Both the position numbers and the translations under genes were made by a program. A stretch of 64,000 nt of DNA from an uncultured Gammaproteobacteria bacterium (GTDB taxonomy: Bacteria; Pseudomonadota; Gammaproteobacteria; JAADHQ01): contig CAMYJD010000006.1 in the NCBI GenBank assembly GCA_947258655.1, positions 68,902 to 132,901 on the forward strand, read 5' to 3'. Below, one piece after another: positions 1 to 10,417 of the stretch (position 1 is the stretch's first letter; each line of letters begins with the position of its first letter). Under the pieces are notes generated by a model that saw only the letters and a list, made by a program, of their open reading frames with translations, was not told the origin of the DNA and made no database searches.

Positions 1-1
1 C

Positions 2-166
2 CTGATCCGCGAGGACAAGATTGCGCAGATGTATTCCGCCATCCAGACCGGGCAGGGCATCGGCATGCAGACACTCGATCAGCACTTGCAGGACCTGGTA
101 GCCCGAGGTGTGGTCAGCAAGCAGGATGCACAGGTCAAGGCTATGAATAAAGACACCTTTCACTAG
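2..166 (+). CDS. pilT: Type IV pilus retraction ATPase PilT, C-terminal fragment (runs off window start)
   Basis: Frame from base 2 reads LIREDKIAQMYSAIQTGQGIGMQTLDQHL...TFH*, the PilT C-terminus (LIRE, GMQTLDQ); directly upstream of pilU. Confidence 0.9.
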   Translation: MIREDKIAQMYSAIQTGQGIGMQTLDQHLQDLVARGVVSKQDAQVKAMNKDTFH

Positions 167-301
167 GGAAAGGGATGCGCCGATGACGGCATTGTACTCT
201 GACCGGGCGTAAATAATTATATTTAGAATTAAGCGCATACATAATATAAGTTTTTTCTTATATGCATGTATGTAAAACGACTACTATATTTAATCAAGTG
301 A

Positions 302-1462
302 TTGATGACACAGGAGAGTCCCTTGGCTGAACGAAAGCTCGATTTCACGGCATTGTTAAAATTGATGGTCAGCAAAAAGGCATCGGACCTATTCGTTACC
401 GCCGGTATGCCAGCCTCGATCAAGGTCAACGGTCGTATCAGCGCCGTATCACAGGCGACACTGACGCCGGATCAGGCGCGTGATGTGGTTTTCAGTATTA
501 TGTCTGATGCCCAGCGTGAGGAGTTTGAGCAAACCCACGAATGTAATTTTGCCATCAGCGCAACCGGGGTCGGTCGCTTCCGTGTCAGTGCCTTCATTCA
601 ACGCAACTTCGCCGGCATGGTGCTGAGGAGAATAGAGACCATCATTCCGACCATCGAGGAATTGAAACTGCCGCCGATTGTCAAGAACCTCGCCATGGTC
701 AAGCGTGGCCTGATTATTTTTGTCGGTGCGACCGGCACCGGCAAGTCCTCGTCGATGGCATCGATGATCAGCTACCGTAACCAGAACAGCACCGGGCATA
801 TCATCACCATTGAGGATCCGATCGAGTTCATTCATCAGCATGGGGGCTGTATCGTTACCCAGCGTGAGGTCGGCATCGACACGGATTCCTATGAAGTGGC
901 CCTGAAAAATACACTGCGTCAGGCGCCGGATGTTATCCAGATTGGCGAGATCCGTACCCGCGAAACCATGGAACACGCGATCGCGTTTGCCGAAACCGGG
1001 CACCTGGTCATATCCACGTTACATGCCAACAACGCCAACCAGGCCTTGGACCGTATTATCAACTTCTTCCCCGAGGAACGGCGTGACCAGTTATTTATGG
1101 ATCTGTCGCTGAACCTGAAGGCCATGCTGGCGCAGCAACTGATACCGACACCGGATGGCAAGGGCCGCAGGGTGGCCATGGAAGTCATGATCAATACGCC
1201 CCTGGTGTCCGATATGATCCGTAAGGCCGAGGTGCACAAGATCAAGGATGTCATGAAGAAGTCTGCCCAGCACGGCATGAAAACCTTCGACCAGAATCTG
1301 TACGAGTTGTATTCAGCCGGTGAGATCACCTATGAGGATGCCGTGCATTATGCAGATTCCGCCAACGAAGTGCGCCTGATGATCAAGCTCGGCAAGGGCG
1401 ACCCGGAACGCTTTGCCGAGGCCATGAATGGCGTGTCGGTGTTGATGGATGAAGAGCGTTAA
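302..1462 (+). CDS. pilU: Type IV pilus ATPase PilU
   Basis: KASDLF, Walker A GATGTGKS, TIEDPIE, LRQAPDVI-GEIR, TLHANNANQ; follows pilT. Confidence 0.93.
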   Translation: MMTQESPLAERKLDFTALLKLMVSKKASDLFVTAGMPASIKVNGRISAVSQATLTPDQARDVVFSIMSDAQREEFEQTHECNFAISATGVGRFRVSAFIQRNFAGMVLRRIETIIPTIEELKLPPIVKNLAMVKRGLIIFVGATGTGKSSSMASMISYRNQNSTGHIITIEDPIEFIHQHGGCIVTQREVGIDTDSYEVALKNTLRQAPDVIQIGEIRTRETMEHAIAFAETGHLVISTLHANNANQALDRIINFFPEERRDQLFMDLSLNLKAMLAQQLIPTPDGKGRRVAMEVMINTPLVSDMIRKAEVHKIKDVMKKSAQHGMKTFDQNLYELYSAGEITYEDAVHYADSANEVRLMIKLGKGDPERFAEAMNGVSVLMDEER

Positions 1463-1690
1463 AGGCAGAGCAAAGATTAAAGATACAAGGGAAGGAGGCG
1501 GGCTTAAAGCAGGGAAAAGGGTAAAGATAAAAGAGTAAAGGGAAGGAAGCGGGCGTAGGCCCGCTTTTTTTTAAACAGGGCAAGGGGTAAAGATACAAGG
1601 GGAAACAGCAAGAGAAAACATCAAAATATTGCGGGCCACGCCCGCCACATTCCCTTGTATCTTGTATCTTTAGCCTTGTATCTCTACTTA
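1462..1690. repeat. Degenerate heptamer array (AAGATAC family) with inverted copies
   Basis: attaaag-atacaag, agggtaa-agataaa-agagtaa on the left; cttgtat-cttgtat-ctttagc-cttgtat on the right. Confidence 0.75.
1547..1572 (+). terminator. Intrinsic terminator after pilU
   Basis: aagcggg-cgtagg-cccgctt hairpin followed by a T run. Confidence 0.7.
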
Positions 1691-1694
1691 GATG

Positions 1695-2570
1695 TCAAAA
1701 CACGCTATAAGCATCAAACACTGGCCCATCCACGCAGACCCTTTTCATGGCTGGTCCATCTTCGGTCCTGACCTCAACGACACAACCGGCGCAACCGCCG
1801 ACGGCGCAGGCCATATACTCCTCCAGTGACACCTGGCAGGGCAGGTTGAATTCCCGTGCCAGCGTGGCAACGGCTCGGAGCATCGGTGTCGGTCCGCAGG
1901 CGAAGACCTCGACCTCGTCGCGCTGTTCAACGTCCAGGCCTTGCAGCCACTGGCGGGCCAGATCGGTCACATAACCCTGATAACAGCCGGGATAGTCCTG
2001 CTGGCTCGCCAGGCGGCTGGGTATGTTCCAGTCATCCAGTAGTGGCATGCTGGCGATCACACCTTCATCGATACCATCGACGATGATCTCTGATGGACGC
2101 GCCTTGAACGGGAAAGGGATTTCGGATCCCATCAGGACCAGCGCCTGGTAGGCATCCTGCATGGCGTGTATGTGTTCGGCGAGAAATATCATCGGCGGTA
2201 TACCAACACCGCCGCCAATCAGTAATGGTCGTTTGCGTTCCAGTGGCAATGTGAAAGGTGTGCCTATCGGTGCCAGTATATTGAGCTTTTCGCCGGGTTT
2301 ACGCGTTGCCAGCAGGCGTGTCCCCTGGCCTTCGATTTTATACAGAAAGTCGACCCAGCCGGCATTTTTACTTACCCGCATAATCGATATAGGTCTACGC
2401 ATCGCCAAGCCGGGATCGCATTGGATATGGGCAAAACTGCCCGGCAGGGCATGTGCAGCACATTCAGGCGCCTGTACGCGCATAATATGCTGACCGCCGG
2501 CAAAATCCTGGTGAGACAGGATCTCGGCATTTTCGACAAAGATGGTGTTTCGGTGTGTTTTTTTCATCAT
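1695..2570 (-). CDS. pyrK: Dihydroorotate dehydrogenase electron transfer subunit (PyrK/PyrDII-like)
   Basis: RRPISI FAD motif, GGGVGIPP, ACGPTPM, [2Fe-2S] motif MACAVGGCAGC...RVCVDGPVF; last gene of the pyr cluster. Confidence 0.85.
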   Translation of the reverse strand: MMKKTHRNTIFVENAEILSHQDFAGGQHIMRVQAPECAAHALPGSFAHIQCDPGLAMRRPISIMRVSKNAGWVDFLYKIEGQGTRLLATRKPGEKLNILAPIGTPFTLPLERKRPLLIGGGVGIPPMIFLAEHIHAMQDAYQALVLMGSEIPFPFKARPSEIIVDGIDEGVIASMPLLDDWNIPSRLASQQDYPGCYQGYVTDLARQWLQGLDVEQRDEVEVFACGPTPMLRAVATLAREFNLPCQVSLEEYMACAVGGCAGCVVEVRTEDGPAMKRVCVDGPVFDAYSVF

Positions 2571-2635
2571 GCAAAGGGCTTCAATACAGAGGGATAATAT
2601 AAATATGTGCCGAAATCGCGTCTATTATCGCGCAT

Positions 2636-3910
2636 TCAGTCAAGAGTATAAACAATATTCCCGCGGTACAATGTATGCGTGACTCTGCCCTTGAACTCCC
2701 AACCCATGAAAGGTGTGTTCCTGCCCTGACTCTGTATGCTGTTCTGGTCCAGTCGCCAGATCCGTTCGGGATCGATAATGCAGATATCGGCCGGGCTGCC
2801 GGGGCTCAGGTTGCCCGCATCGATATTGAGGATATGCGCCGGGCCGCTGGTCAGTCGGCGAATCGTTTCTGACAAAGGCAGGTTGTCTTCTTCATGCAGG
2901 CGTAGGCTTAAGGGCAACAGCGTTTCCAGGGCCGAGATACCCGGCTGGGTCGAGCAGAAAGGTGCCAGTTTGGCATCGGCCTCATGTGGCTGGTGATCGG
3001 AACAAATGGCCTGGATCACATTCTGCTTGACGCCTTCGCGCAGGCCGTCGCGGTCACGCTGTGTGCGTAACGGCGGGATGACATGGCACAAGCTGTCATA
3101 GTCGCTAATATCCATTTCGGTCAGGTGTAATTGATGGGCGCAAACGTCAGCCGTTACCGGCAGGCCATCATACTGGGCCCTGGCTATCATGCGTACTGCA
3201 CGCAGCGTCGACAGGCGGGTGAAATGCGCCTTGACGCCGATCAGCTCGATCAGGGCCAGGTCGCGGGCAACTGCGGCAGTTTCTGCGGCAACAGGAATGC
3301 CTGGTAATCCCAGGCGTGTGGATACTTTGCCTTCATGTGCGCAACCATGTTTGCCAAGCCAGTAATCCTGGGGATTGATAAACACCGTCAGTTTATGCGT
3401 CTGTGCGTATTCCATCGCCAGGCGCTGGATCTGGGTATTGGCCAGTGGGCCAACATTGGCTACGGCCGGACAGCCCGCCTGTTTGAGAGCGGCCATTTCA
3501 CTGAGTTGTTCACTTTTCAGGCCCTGTGTCAGCGCAGCGATAGGCAGGACATTGGCATAGCCGGCCTGTTCGGCGCGATTCTGGATCAGTTCAGCAACCG
3601 CCGGTGTGTCTATAATCGGATTGGTGTCCGGAGGACAGCACAGCGTGGTAATGCCGGCTGCGGCAGCGGCGCGGGTTTCTGACTCGATCGTGGCCTTGTG
3701 TTCATGGCCCGGTTCACGCAGGCGCGCGCTGAGATCAATCAGGCCGGGGATGACCCAACGGCCGCTGGCATCTATGTCATGCTCGGCGTTAAAGCCGTCC
3801 AGTTCAGCAGCCACGGCAAGGATTTTACCGTCGCCAATAAAAATATCCAGGTTTTCATCGATACCATTGGCCGGATCGAGTACGCGACCTCCACTGATGC
3901 GCATTTTCAT
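2636..3910 (-). CDS. pyrC: Dihydroorotase-like protein, probably the inactive PyrC' ATCase-associated subunit
   Basis: [14 protein letters not shown] (HxH replaced), PPDTNP, PPLR, SDHQPH, NTPF; overlaps pyrB. Confidence 0.85.
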   Translation of the reverse strand: MKMRISGGRVLDPANGIDENLDIFIGDGKILAVAAELDGFNAEHDIDASGRWVIPGLIDLSARLREPGHEHKATIESETRAAAAAGITTLCCPPDTNPIIDTPAVAELIQNRAEQAGYANVLPIAALTQGLKSEQLSEMAALKQAGCPAVANVGPLANTQIQRLAMEYAQTHKLTVFINPQDYWLGKHGCAHEGKVSTRLGLPGIPVAAETAAVARDLALIELIGVKAHFTRLSTLRAVRMIARAQYDGLPVTADVCAHQLHLTEMDISDYDSLCHVIPPLRTQRDRDGLREGVKQNVIQAICSDHQPHEADAKLAPFCSTQPGISALETLLPLSLRLHEEDNLPLSETIRRLTSGPAHILNIDAGNLSPGSPADICIIDPERIWRLDQNSIQSQGRNTPFMGWEFKGRVTHTLYRGNIVYTLD

Positions 3911-4881
3911 TGGGATTCATCTCCCTTGCGCTGCTGACCACTGCGCATGGCCATTGACATGACGGCCATACGCACGGCGATGCCATAGGAAACCTGCTGC
4001 AGGATGACCGAACGTGAGCCATCGGCGACCTGCGAATCCATTTCCACACCGCGATTGATCGGCCCCGGGTGCATGACGATGGCGTCGGATTTGGCGACAC
4101 GCAGACGCTCTTCCGTGAGCCCGTAAAGCTGGAAGTATTCGTGTTCACTCGGTAATAATGCCCCTTGCATGCGTTCATTCTGCAGACGTAGCATGATGAT
4201 GACATCGGCATCGCGGATGCCTGATTGCAGGTGATGATGGACCTGCACGCCAAGGGAATCTATTTCCGCCGGTATCAAGGTGCGCGGTGCAACGACGCGA
4301 ATTTCGCCGGTACCCAGTGCATTCAGGGCCAGTATTTGCGAACGTGCCACGCGCGAATGGAGGATGTCACCGACGATGACGACGGTCAGTTCCCTGAAAT
4401 CCTGCTTGTGCCGACGTATCGTGAACATGTCCAGCATCGCCTGGGTGGGATGTTCATGGCGTCCATCGCCGGCATTGATGACGCTGATATGCGGTTGACT
4501 GTGGGTGGCAATGAAATGGGCCGCGCCACTGTCGACATGACGAACGACAAACATATCGGTATGCATGGCCTCGAGGTTTCGTAGTGTATCGAGCAAGGTT
4601 TCACCCTTGGTGGTGGCCGATACGCTGACATTCATGTTGAGGACATCGGCGGACAGGCGCTTGGCGGCAAGTTCGAACGTAGTGCGTGTGCGCGTACTGG
4701 GTTCGAAAAACAGGTTGACGATGGTTTTTCCCCTGAGCAGCGGCACCTTCTTGATCGATTGTTCGGTAACACCGGCAAAGGATTCGGCAGTATCCAGAAT
4801 ATCAGTGAGAATGTCCCGGTTGAGTCCATCTATGGAGAGAAAGTGGCGTAAGCGTCCGTTTTCGTCTACCTGAAGGTTCAT
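3907..4881 (-). CDS. pyrB: Aspartate carbamoyltransferase catalytic subunit
   Basis: [41 protein letters not shown]. Confidence 0.96.
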   Translation of the reverse strand: MNLQVDENGRLRHFLSIDGLNRDILTDILDTAESFAGVTEQSIKKVPLLRGKTIVNLFFEPSTRTRTTFELAAKRLSADVLNMNVSVSATTKGETLLDTLRNLEAMHTDMFVVRHVDSGAAHFIATHSQPHISVINAGDGRHEHPTQAMLDMFTIRRHKQDFRELTVVIVGDILHSRVARSQILALNALGTGEIRVVAPRTLIPAEIDSLGVQVHHHLQSGIRDADVIIMLRLQNERMQGALLPSEHEYFQLYGLTEERLRVAKSDAIVMHPGPINRGVEMDSQVADGSRSVILQQVSYGIAVRMAVMSMAMRSGQQRKGDESQ

Positions 4882-4965
4882 GAGATCTCTGTTGTTTGGA
4901 TTTCTGATATTGTATGCGTTTTCTACACTATTGTTTAGTCATTTTTTGAAAAAAGTGACTGTTTC

Positions 4966-5496
4966 TCAGGCGCTCGTTTCGGATGACTTGCCTGGATCCT
5001 TTTGTATAATCAGCTGCAGGGGGTCAGGGCCACTGAGTTTCACATGCTCGTTGCTGGCCAGATCAAGTTGCTTGCCGACCACGCTGGCTGCAATCGGTAA
5101 TTCGCGCCCGCTGCGTTCCACCAGTACAGCCAGTGAAATCGAGGCGGGACGGCCATAATCAAATAGTTCATTCATCGCTGCACGAATCGTGCGCCCGGTG
5201 TGCAGGACATCGTCGACCAGGATAATATGCTGATCATCTATGCCGAAAGGGAGGCTGGTGGGTTTGACCTGGGGGTTGATGCCGATGCGGGTAAAATCAT
5301 CCCGATAAAATGAAATATCGAGTACTCCGAGTTCCCGCTGGATACCCATCAGTTGATAGAGCTTTTTCGCAATCCATACCCCGCCGGTATGAATGCCAAT
5401 CATCAATGGATCGCTGATATGACGTTGATGCAATAGGTCCTGTAGCTCGCGGGCCATCTCCTCGACAAGTGAATCGATCTCACTCTGATCGCTCAT
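4966..5496 (-). CDS. pyrR: Bifunctional pyr operon regulator / uracil phosphoribosyltransferase PyrR
   Basis: LDISFYRDDF, VDDVLHTGRTIRAA, RELPI. Confidence 0.93.
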   Translation of the reverse strand: MSDQSEIDSLVEEMARELQDLLHQRHISDPLMIGIHTGGVWIAKKLYQLMGIQRELGVLDISFYRDDFTRIGINPQVKPTSLPFGIDDQHIILVDDVLHTGRTIRAAMNELFDYGRPASISLAVLVERSGRELPIAASVVGKQLDLASNEHVKLSGPDPLQLIIQKDPGKSSETSA

Positions 5497-5929
5497 GCTG
5501 TAAATGCTCCTGTTGTTGTATCCAGCTTTGTAAAATTATCTGCGCAGCCATTTTGTCGACATCGCCCTTGCGTGATTTCCGGCGCTGTCCGGCCGCGCGT
5601 TGGCGCCTGATTTCTGCCTCCGCCTCGCGCGAGCTAAGACGTTCGTCCATTTCGTAAACCGGCAAGTGGAAACGTCCATGCAGCTGGCGAGCGAATTTTT
5701 TCGCCGCCTCTGTCATATCCTGCTCTGTGCCGTCCATATGATACGGCACGCCGATGACCAGTGCATCCGGTTTCCATTCCTTGATCAACGCTTCGATGGC
5801 AGCCCAGTCAGGTTTGTGCTGGATGTTGTGCAAGGTCTTCAACGCCTGGGCGGTACCAGTCAGTTCCTGACCAACGGCAACGCCGATCCTGCCAAGACCG
5901 AAATCAAATCCCAGAAAACAGCGCGACAT
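5480..5929 (-). CDS. ruvX: YqgF/RuvX RNase H-like nuclease
   Basis: LGFDFGLGRIGVAVG, DERLSS, VDKMAAQIIL; synteny with yqgE. Confidence 0.92.
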   Translation of the reverse strand: MSRCFLGFDFGLGRIGVAVGQELTGTAQALKTLHNIQHKPDWAAIEALIKEWKPDALVIGVPYHMDGTEQDMTEAAKKFARQLHGRFHLPVYEMDERLSSREAEAEIRRQRAAGQRRKSRKGDVDKMAAQIILQSWIQQQEHLQHERSE

Positions 5930-5947
5930 GAAGGTTGCCAGTAAATG

Positions 5948-5983
5948 ACTTGTATCTTATATCTTGTACCTTGTATCTGAATT
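5948..5983. repeat. Heptamer array (CTTGTAT family)
   Basis: cttgtat-cttatat-cttgtac-cttgtat between yqgE and ruvX. Confidence 0.75.
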
Positions 5984-6546
5984 CAACCATGCCCGGTATC
6001 ACCGGATAGCAGATTCAGGTCGATGCCAATTATCTCGGCGGCCCTTGCCCAGCGCTTTTCGACCGGTTCGTCAAATAAAACGGACAGGTCTGCGGGTCCG
6101 GTCAGCCAGGCATTTTCGCCCAGTTCCATCTCCAGTTGTCCTGCGCCCCAGCCGGCATAACCGAGTGTTATCAGATACTGCGCCGGTCCGTTGCCATTGG
6201 CAATCTCGACAAGAATGTCCCTGGAAGTCGTGATAGCCAGTTGTTCGCTGATGATGACCGTGGATTCCCATAGCACGGCCGGTCGGTGCAGGACAAAGCC
6301 GCGCTCTTCCTGAACCGGACCGCCATGGAAGACCGGTATACTGGCCAGTTCCGGATCCTTGATCTCGATGTCCATCTGCTCCAGTACATCATGAATGCTC
6401 AGGTCCAGCGGCCGGTTGATGACCAGCCCCATGGCGCCATCTTCATTATGTTCGCAGATATACGTTGTCGTATGATGAAAATTGGGGTCAGCCAGTTGTG
6501 GCATGGCGATCAGGAAGTGATTGGAAAGGCAGGTCGGCTGGTTCAT
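5983..6546 (-). CDS. algH: YqgE/AlgH family protein
   Basis: FLIAMPQLADPNF, GAMGLVINRP, GGPV, LGYAGWGAGQLE. Confidence 0.92.
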   Translation of the reverse strand: MNQPTCLSNHFLIAMPQLADPNFHHTTTYICEHNEDGAMGLVINRPLDLSIHDVLEQMDIEIKDPELASIPVFHGGPVQEERGFVLHRPAVLWESTVIISEQLAITTSRDILVEIANGNGPAQYLITLGYAGWGAGQLEMELGENAWLTGPADLSVLFDEPVEKRWARAAEIIGIDLNLLSGDTGHG

Positions 6547-6555
6547 ACAGATAGT

Positions 6556-7437
6556 TTATCGGCTATAGAGTCTGTTATCCAATGTAAATGACCAGGTCCT
6601 GATAATACGCAGGACCTTGCGGCCATCCAGCACCTCTGCCGGGACCCGTGCGTAGGGTGCTGCCAGTTTGACGATATCCATGGCTGCCTTGTCCAGCAAC
6701 TTGTGTTTGGATGACTTCAGGATACGCACGCTTATCAGGGAGCCGTCAGGTTTTAATGTGACTTCCATGATCAGGTTGCCACTGAGCTTTTTTCGTCGTG
6801 CCTGATACGGGAAGTTCATGTTGCCGATTTTTTCGACTTTACGCGTCCATGAGGCCAGGTAGGCAATATCCTCGCGGCGTTGTGTGTTCGCGTACAGGTA
6901 CTTTGAATCGGGCAATTGTGAGTAGGCCTGCCAGTTAGCATTATTCTGGGCACTCAGTCTGGCTATTTCCTTGCTGCGTCGCACCAATTCCTGGGCAGAT
7001 ATCTTACTGGTGCGAACCTTGTCCGGGTCTTTGCTGCTGGAACTGACTTTTATATCTGATGCTTGTTGTGTCAGTACCTGTACGTGTCCTTTCTTTGTCT
7101 GCCGGACCTTTGTGGCAGCGACATTCTGTTCTGCCTGACCCTGGGTCTGGGCGGGACTGGGTTTGCTCTGTACTTCACGATGCCTGACTTTTTTTTGTGT
7201 ATTACCCGAGCCTTTCTGGTTTGCCTGGGCCAGGTAATCCGCCTTGTCCGGGGCTTCGTCGGACTTGTGCTGTACCAGCGTGATATCCATTGTCGAGATG
7301 ATATCGGGCTTGCTGGTATCTTCCGATGAAAAACTGATGCCGAGAATGATCAGCGCATGCAGGACGATGGCCAGGAACAATGTGAGTCCGAGGCGATCAT
7401 TGTGCGAGATGACTATTTTTCGTGCGGCATGGCTCAT
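6556..7437 (-). CDS. TonB family energy transducer (TonB3-like)
   Basis: N-terminal TM with HALIIL, ADYLAQANQKGSG, C-terminal TonB_C (SSKHKLLDKAAMDIVKLAAPY); gshB-tonB3-algH synteny. Confidence 0.8.
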   Translation of the reverse strand: MSHAARKIVISHNDRLGLTLFLAIVLHALIILGISFSSEDTSKPDIISTMDITLVQHKSDEAPDKADYLAQANQKGSGNTQKKVRHREVQSKPSPAQTQGQAEQNVAATKVRQTKKGHVQVLTQQASDIKVSSSSKDPDKVRTSKISAQELVRRSKEIARLSAQNNANWQAYSQLPDSKYLYANTQRREDIAYLASWTRKVEKIGNMNFPYQARRKKLSGNLIMEVTLKPDGSLISVRILKSSKHKLLDKAAMDIVKLAAPYARVPAEVLDGRKVLRIIRTWSFTLDNRLYSR

Positions 7438-7457
7438 GGCTGTGTATCTGCCCCGTG

Positions 7458-8516
7458 CTATGACAGGGGCTTGCTGATGACTATTTTAGCCGGTTTGGAT
7501 GTTAAATGGACATGTTTTTCCATTTCCGGGCTCATGTGTATATTACCATCGCTGTCAACCAGTAGCACATGGACTATGCCCATGGATTGTGCAATGCGAT
7601 ACCAATCTTCAGGGCCGGCGACAAATAATGCCGTGGCCGCGGCGTCAGCCAGGGCGGCGTCTTCATGCATTACGGTCACCGCTTGTGTGCCTGTGCCCGG
7701 GTATCCGCTGCGCGGGTCGATAATATGATGATAGCGCCGGCCTTCATATTCGAAGTAGCGTTCATAATCACCCGAGGTGAACACACTCTGGCGGCCGGCG
7801 ACCTCGATATAGGCCAGAACCTGTTCGGCTTTACGCGGGTGATTGATGCCAATACGCCAGGGCCGCTGTCCGCGTTGGCCGATGGCCTTGAGGTCGCCAC
7901 CGGCATTAATAATGGCGTTTTCTATGCCCTGTATCTCCAGGGTCTCGATGGCGCGGTTAATGCCGTAACCCTTGGCAAAACCGCCCAGATCAACGAATAC
8001 ACCGGGATTGTTGCTCCTGATCCTGATCCCGCTCATCTCGATATCGTCCATGCGCGGATTGGCCTGGAGCAGTTTGCGGATATCCTCGTCTGCGGGAGGC
8101 AGGCCGGTTTCGTGTTCTCCATCCTTCAGGCCCCACAGACGAATCAGTTTGCCGATCGCGGGATTGAACAGGTGCTCGCTGCTGACAGCAAGCTGTTTGG
8201 CCTTTACCAGCAACGGACGTACCGAGGGGGCATCGGAAAACCATTCGCTGGTCGCGAATAACTGGTTGTTCCTGCTCAGGGCGCTGCGTTGCCAGGGATG
8301 CCAGGTTACATGCATGTAGCGGAAATCTGCTTCCAGTTGCTCGAAGGCCTGTTCCGCGGTGGCCTCATCCACGCCGGCAATGCTGACATCGATAATCGTG
8401 CCAAAACTGAAAATACTGTGATGATGGACCTTTGTGTCGTCGTCAGTTTGGTGCTCGCAGGCCGTGTTTGACAGTAACAACAGTGAAAAGGCAAAGCAGG
8501 ATAATAATCGGGTCAT
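7458..8516 (-). CDS. apbE: FAD:protein FMN transferase ApbE (lipoprotein)
   Basis: Start refined to MTRLL; lipobox-like NTAC; DLGGFAKGY, INAGGD, TSGDYERY, HHIIDPRSG, ADAAATA. Confidence 0.9.
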   Translation of the reverse strand: MTRLLSCFAFSLLLLSNTACEHQTDDDTKVHHHSIFSFGTIIDVSIAGVDEATAEQAFEQLEADFRYMHVTWHPWQRSALSRNNQLFATSEWFSDAPSVRPLLVKAKQLAVSSEHLFNPAIGKLIRLWGLKDGEHETGLPPADEDIRKLLQANPRMDDIEMSGIRIRSNNPGVFVDLGGFAKGYGINRAIETLEIQGIENAIINAGGDLKAIGQRGQRPWRIGINHPRKAEQVLAYIEVAGRQSVFTSGDYERYFEYEGRRYHHIIDPRSGYPGTGTQAVTVMHEDAALADAAATALFVAGPEDWYRIAQSMGIVHVLLVDSDGNIHMSPEMEKHVHLTSKPAKIVISKPLS

Positions 8517-8527
8517 TGAAATGGTTC

Positions 8528-9475
8528 TTATTGAAGTTTGCGTTCGATGGCGTCCATGAGCAGGGCGGCTATATTGAGGTTGAACAGTTTGTCCAGTTCC
8601 CTGATGCAAGTAGGGCTGGTGACATTGATTTCGGTCAGGTAATCGCCAATAACGTCGATGCCGACAAACAACAGGCCCATCTCCTTAAGCGTTGGCGCCA
8701 GCTGCGCACAAATCCAGTAATCGCGCTCCGACAAGGGTATGCCCTCACCACGACCGCCGGCGGCGAGATTTCCGCGGGTTTCGCCCGTAGCCGGAATCCT
8801 GGCCAAGGCATAGGGTACGGGCTCGCCATCGACGATCAGGATACGTTTGTCACCTTCGCTGATTTGCGCGATAAATTTCTGCGCCATACAGTATTCGCTA
8901 CCATTGTTGGTCAAGGTTTCGATAATGACATTGGTATTCGGGTCGTCTTCACGTACGCGGAAAATAGACACGCCTCCCATGCCTCCCAGTGGCTTCAGGA
9001 TGATATCGGTATGGCTGTGCAGAAATGCCTTGATCTGGTCGGCATCACGGCTGACCAGTGTCGGTGCACAGCATTGCGGAAACCATGCGGTAAACAGTTT
9101 TTCATTGGCTTCGCGCAGACTGTCCGGACGGTTGATAACCAGACATCCCAATTCATGGGCGCGTTGCAGGATATAAGTGGCATAGATGTATTCCATGTCA
9201 AAAGGTGGGTCTTTGCGCATGAGGATGACGTCCATGTCCTGCATCGGCATGAAACGGCGTTCACCCAGATCGAACCAGTCTTCCGAGTTGTCCCTGACAG
9301 TCAGTTGCCGTGCCTGCATCTGTGGTATTCCATCAAGCATGGAAAGGTCGGGCAATTGTGTATAGTAGATATCCCATTGACGAGATTGCGCTTCCAGCAA
9401 CATTGCAAACGTGCTGTCCTTGACGATATTGATTGACCCGATCGGGTCCATGACTACACCTAGTTTAATACGCAT
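8528..9475 (-). CDS. gshB: Glutathione synthetase
   Basis: VMDPI...KDSTFAM, MRKDPPFD, RGNLAAGG, EINVTSPT. Confidence 0.96.
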   Translation of the reverse strand: MRIKLGVVMDPIGSINIVKDSTFAMLLEAQSRQWDIYYTQLPDLSMLDGIPQMQARQLTVRDNSEDWFDLGERRFMPMQDMDVILMRKDPPFDMEYIYATYILQRAHELGCLVINRPDSLREANEKLFTAWFPQCCAPTLVSRDADQIKAFLHSHTDIILKPLGGMGGVSIFRVREDDPNTNVIIETLTNNGSEYCMAQKFIAQISEGDKRILIVDGEPVPYALARIPATGETRGNLAAGGRGEGIPLSERDYWICAQLAPTLKEMGLLFVGIDVIGDYLTEINVTSPTCIRELDKLFNLNIAALLMDAIERKLQ

Positions 9476-9589
9476 TACAATCCAGAAAGCAGTAGTTAAG
9501 TATTTGCTTATTTATCCCATATGAGACAAGCGCACAGCCTCGCAGTTCTGCTGCTGTTTGGCAAGTGTGAAAATCATGCGTTAGACTGG

Positions 9590-9616
9590 TTAAGTTACTC
9601 ATCAGGTCGTCGATAA
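9590..9616 (+). promoter_or_regulatory. Putative sigma28-like promoter upstream of pilG
   Basis: TTAA-N15-GTCGATAA versus consensus TAAA-N15-GCCGATAA; second near match TAAAGTTT-N12-CCCGATAC at 9671-9698. Confidence 0.35.
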
Positions 9617-9936
9617 TAATAATCAAGCAAGGCGCTGATCAGCCTGAAAAAATTATTTATATATTTTTCTTAAAGTTTTCAGCCTATCAGCCCGATACAG
9701 CAATGAAGCGGGTAGTCAGTCACTAACATTAGTTTATTAAGCTGTACTAAATTATGTCTGGCCACATTACGTTGAAACGGAAAATTGAAGTGTTTATATG
9801 GTCTTCGGCTATATTGTTTATGGATTATCGTTACAGTTTGTGTTAAATAATTCAAATGATTTACATTTTCTGTTAAATGTCGTTAAGTGATATTAACAGG
9901 GGGCGAGCGCAAGTGTTGGACGGTATGGGAGGCATA

Positions 9937-10338
9937 GTGACAAGTGAACATCAGTCTGAGGTCGGTGATATGAAAGTCATGGTGATTGACGATAGTAAGA
10001 CTATAAGACGCACAGCAGAGACACTGTTGAAGAAAGAAGGCTTTGCTGTGGTGACAGCAACGGATGGTTTTGAAGCTTTGTCAAAGATTACAGATCAGGA
10101 ACCCGATATTATTTTTGTTGATATCATGATGCCTCGACTCGATGGTTACCAGACCTGCGCCTTGATAAAGCATAACCAGGTTTTCAGGAATACGCCGGTA
10201 ATCATGCTCTCTAGTAAAGATGGGCTGTTTGACAAGGCGCGTGGACGCATAGTCGGTTCCGATCAATACCTGACGAAACCATTTACTAAAGAAGAATTGT
10301 TGAGCGCTATAAAACGGCACGTGAAAAAAGCTAGTTAG
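9937..10338 (+). CDS. pilG: Twitching motility response regulator PilG
   Basis: KVMVIDDSKTIRRTAETLL, DIMMPRLDGYQTCALIK, SSKDGLFDKARGRIVGS; GTG at 9937 follows GGGAGG RBS. Confidence 0.95.
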   Translation: MTSEHQSEVGDMKVMVIDDSKTIRRTAETLLKKEGFAVVTATDGFEALSKITDQEPDIIFVDIMMPRLDGYQTCALIKHNQVFRNTPVIMLSSKDGLFDKARGRIVGSDQYLTKPFTKEELLSAIKRHVKKAS

Positions 10339-10417
10339 TAGTCAGATGCGTAGGCATGTGGTAATGCAGCAATCAACAGCATATAGAACGGATTAATTTA
10401 CAAAAAGGTATATTTGA

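Noticed and set aside
235-292. Imperfect AT-rich palindrome between pilT and pilU
   Set aside because: Weak AT-only pairing with no recognisable motif; cannot be distinguished from chance.
8432-9436. 334-aa ORF on the + strand
   Set aside because: Antisense shadow of gshB.
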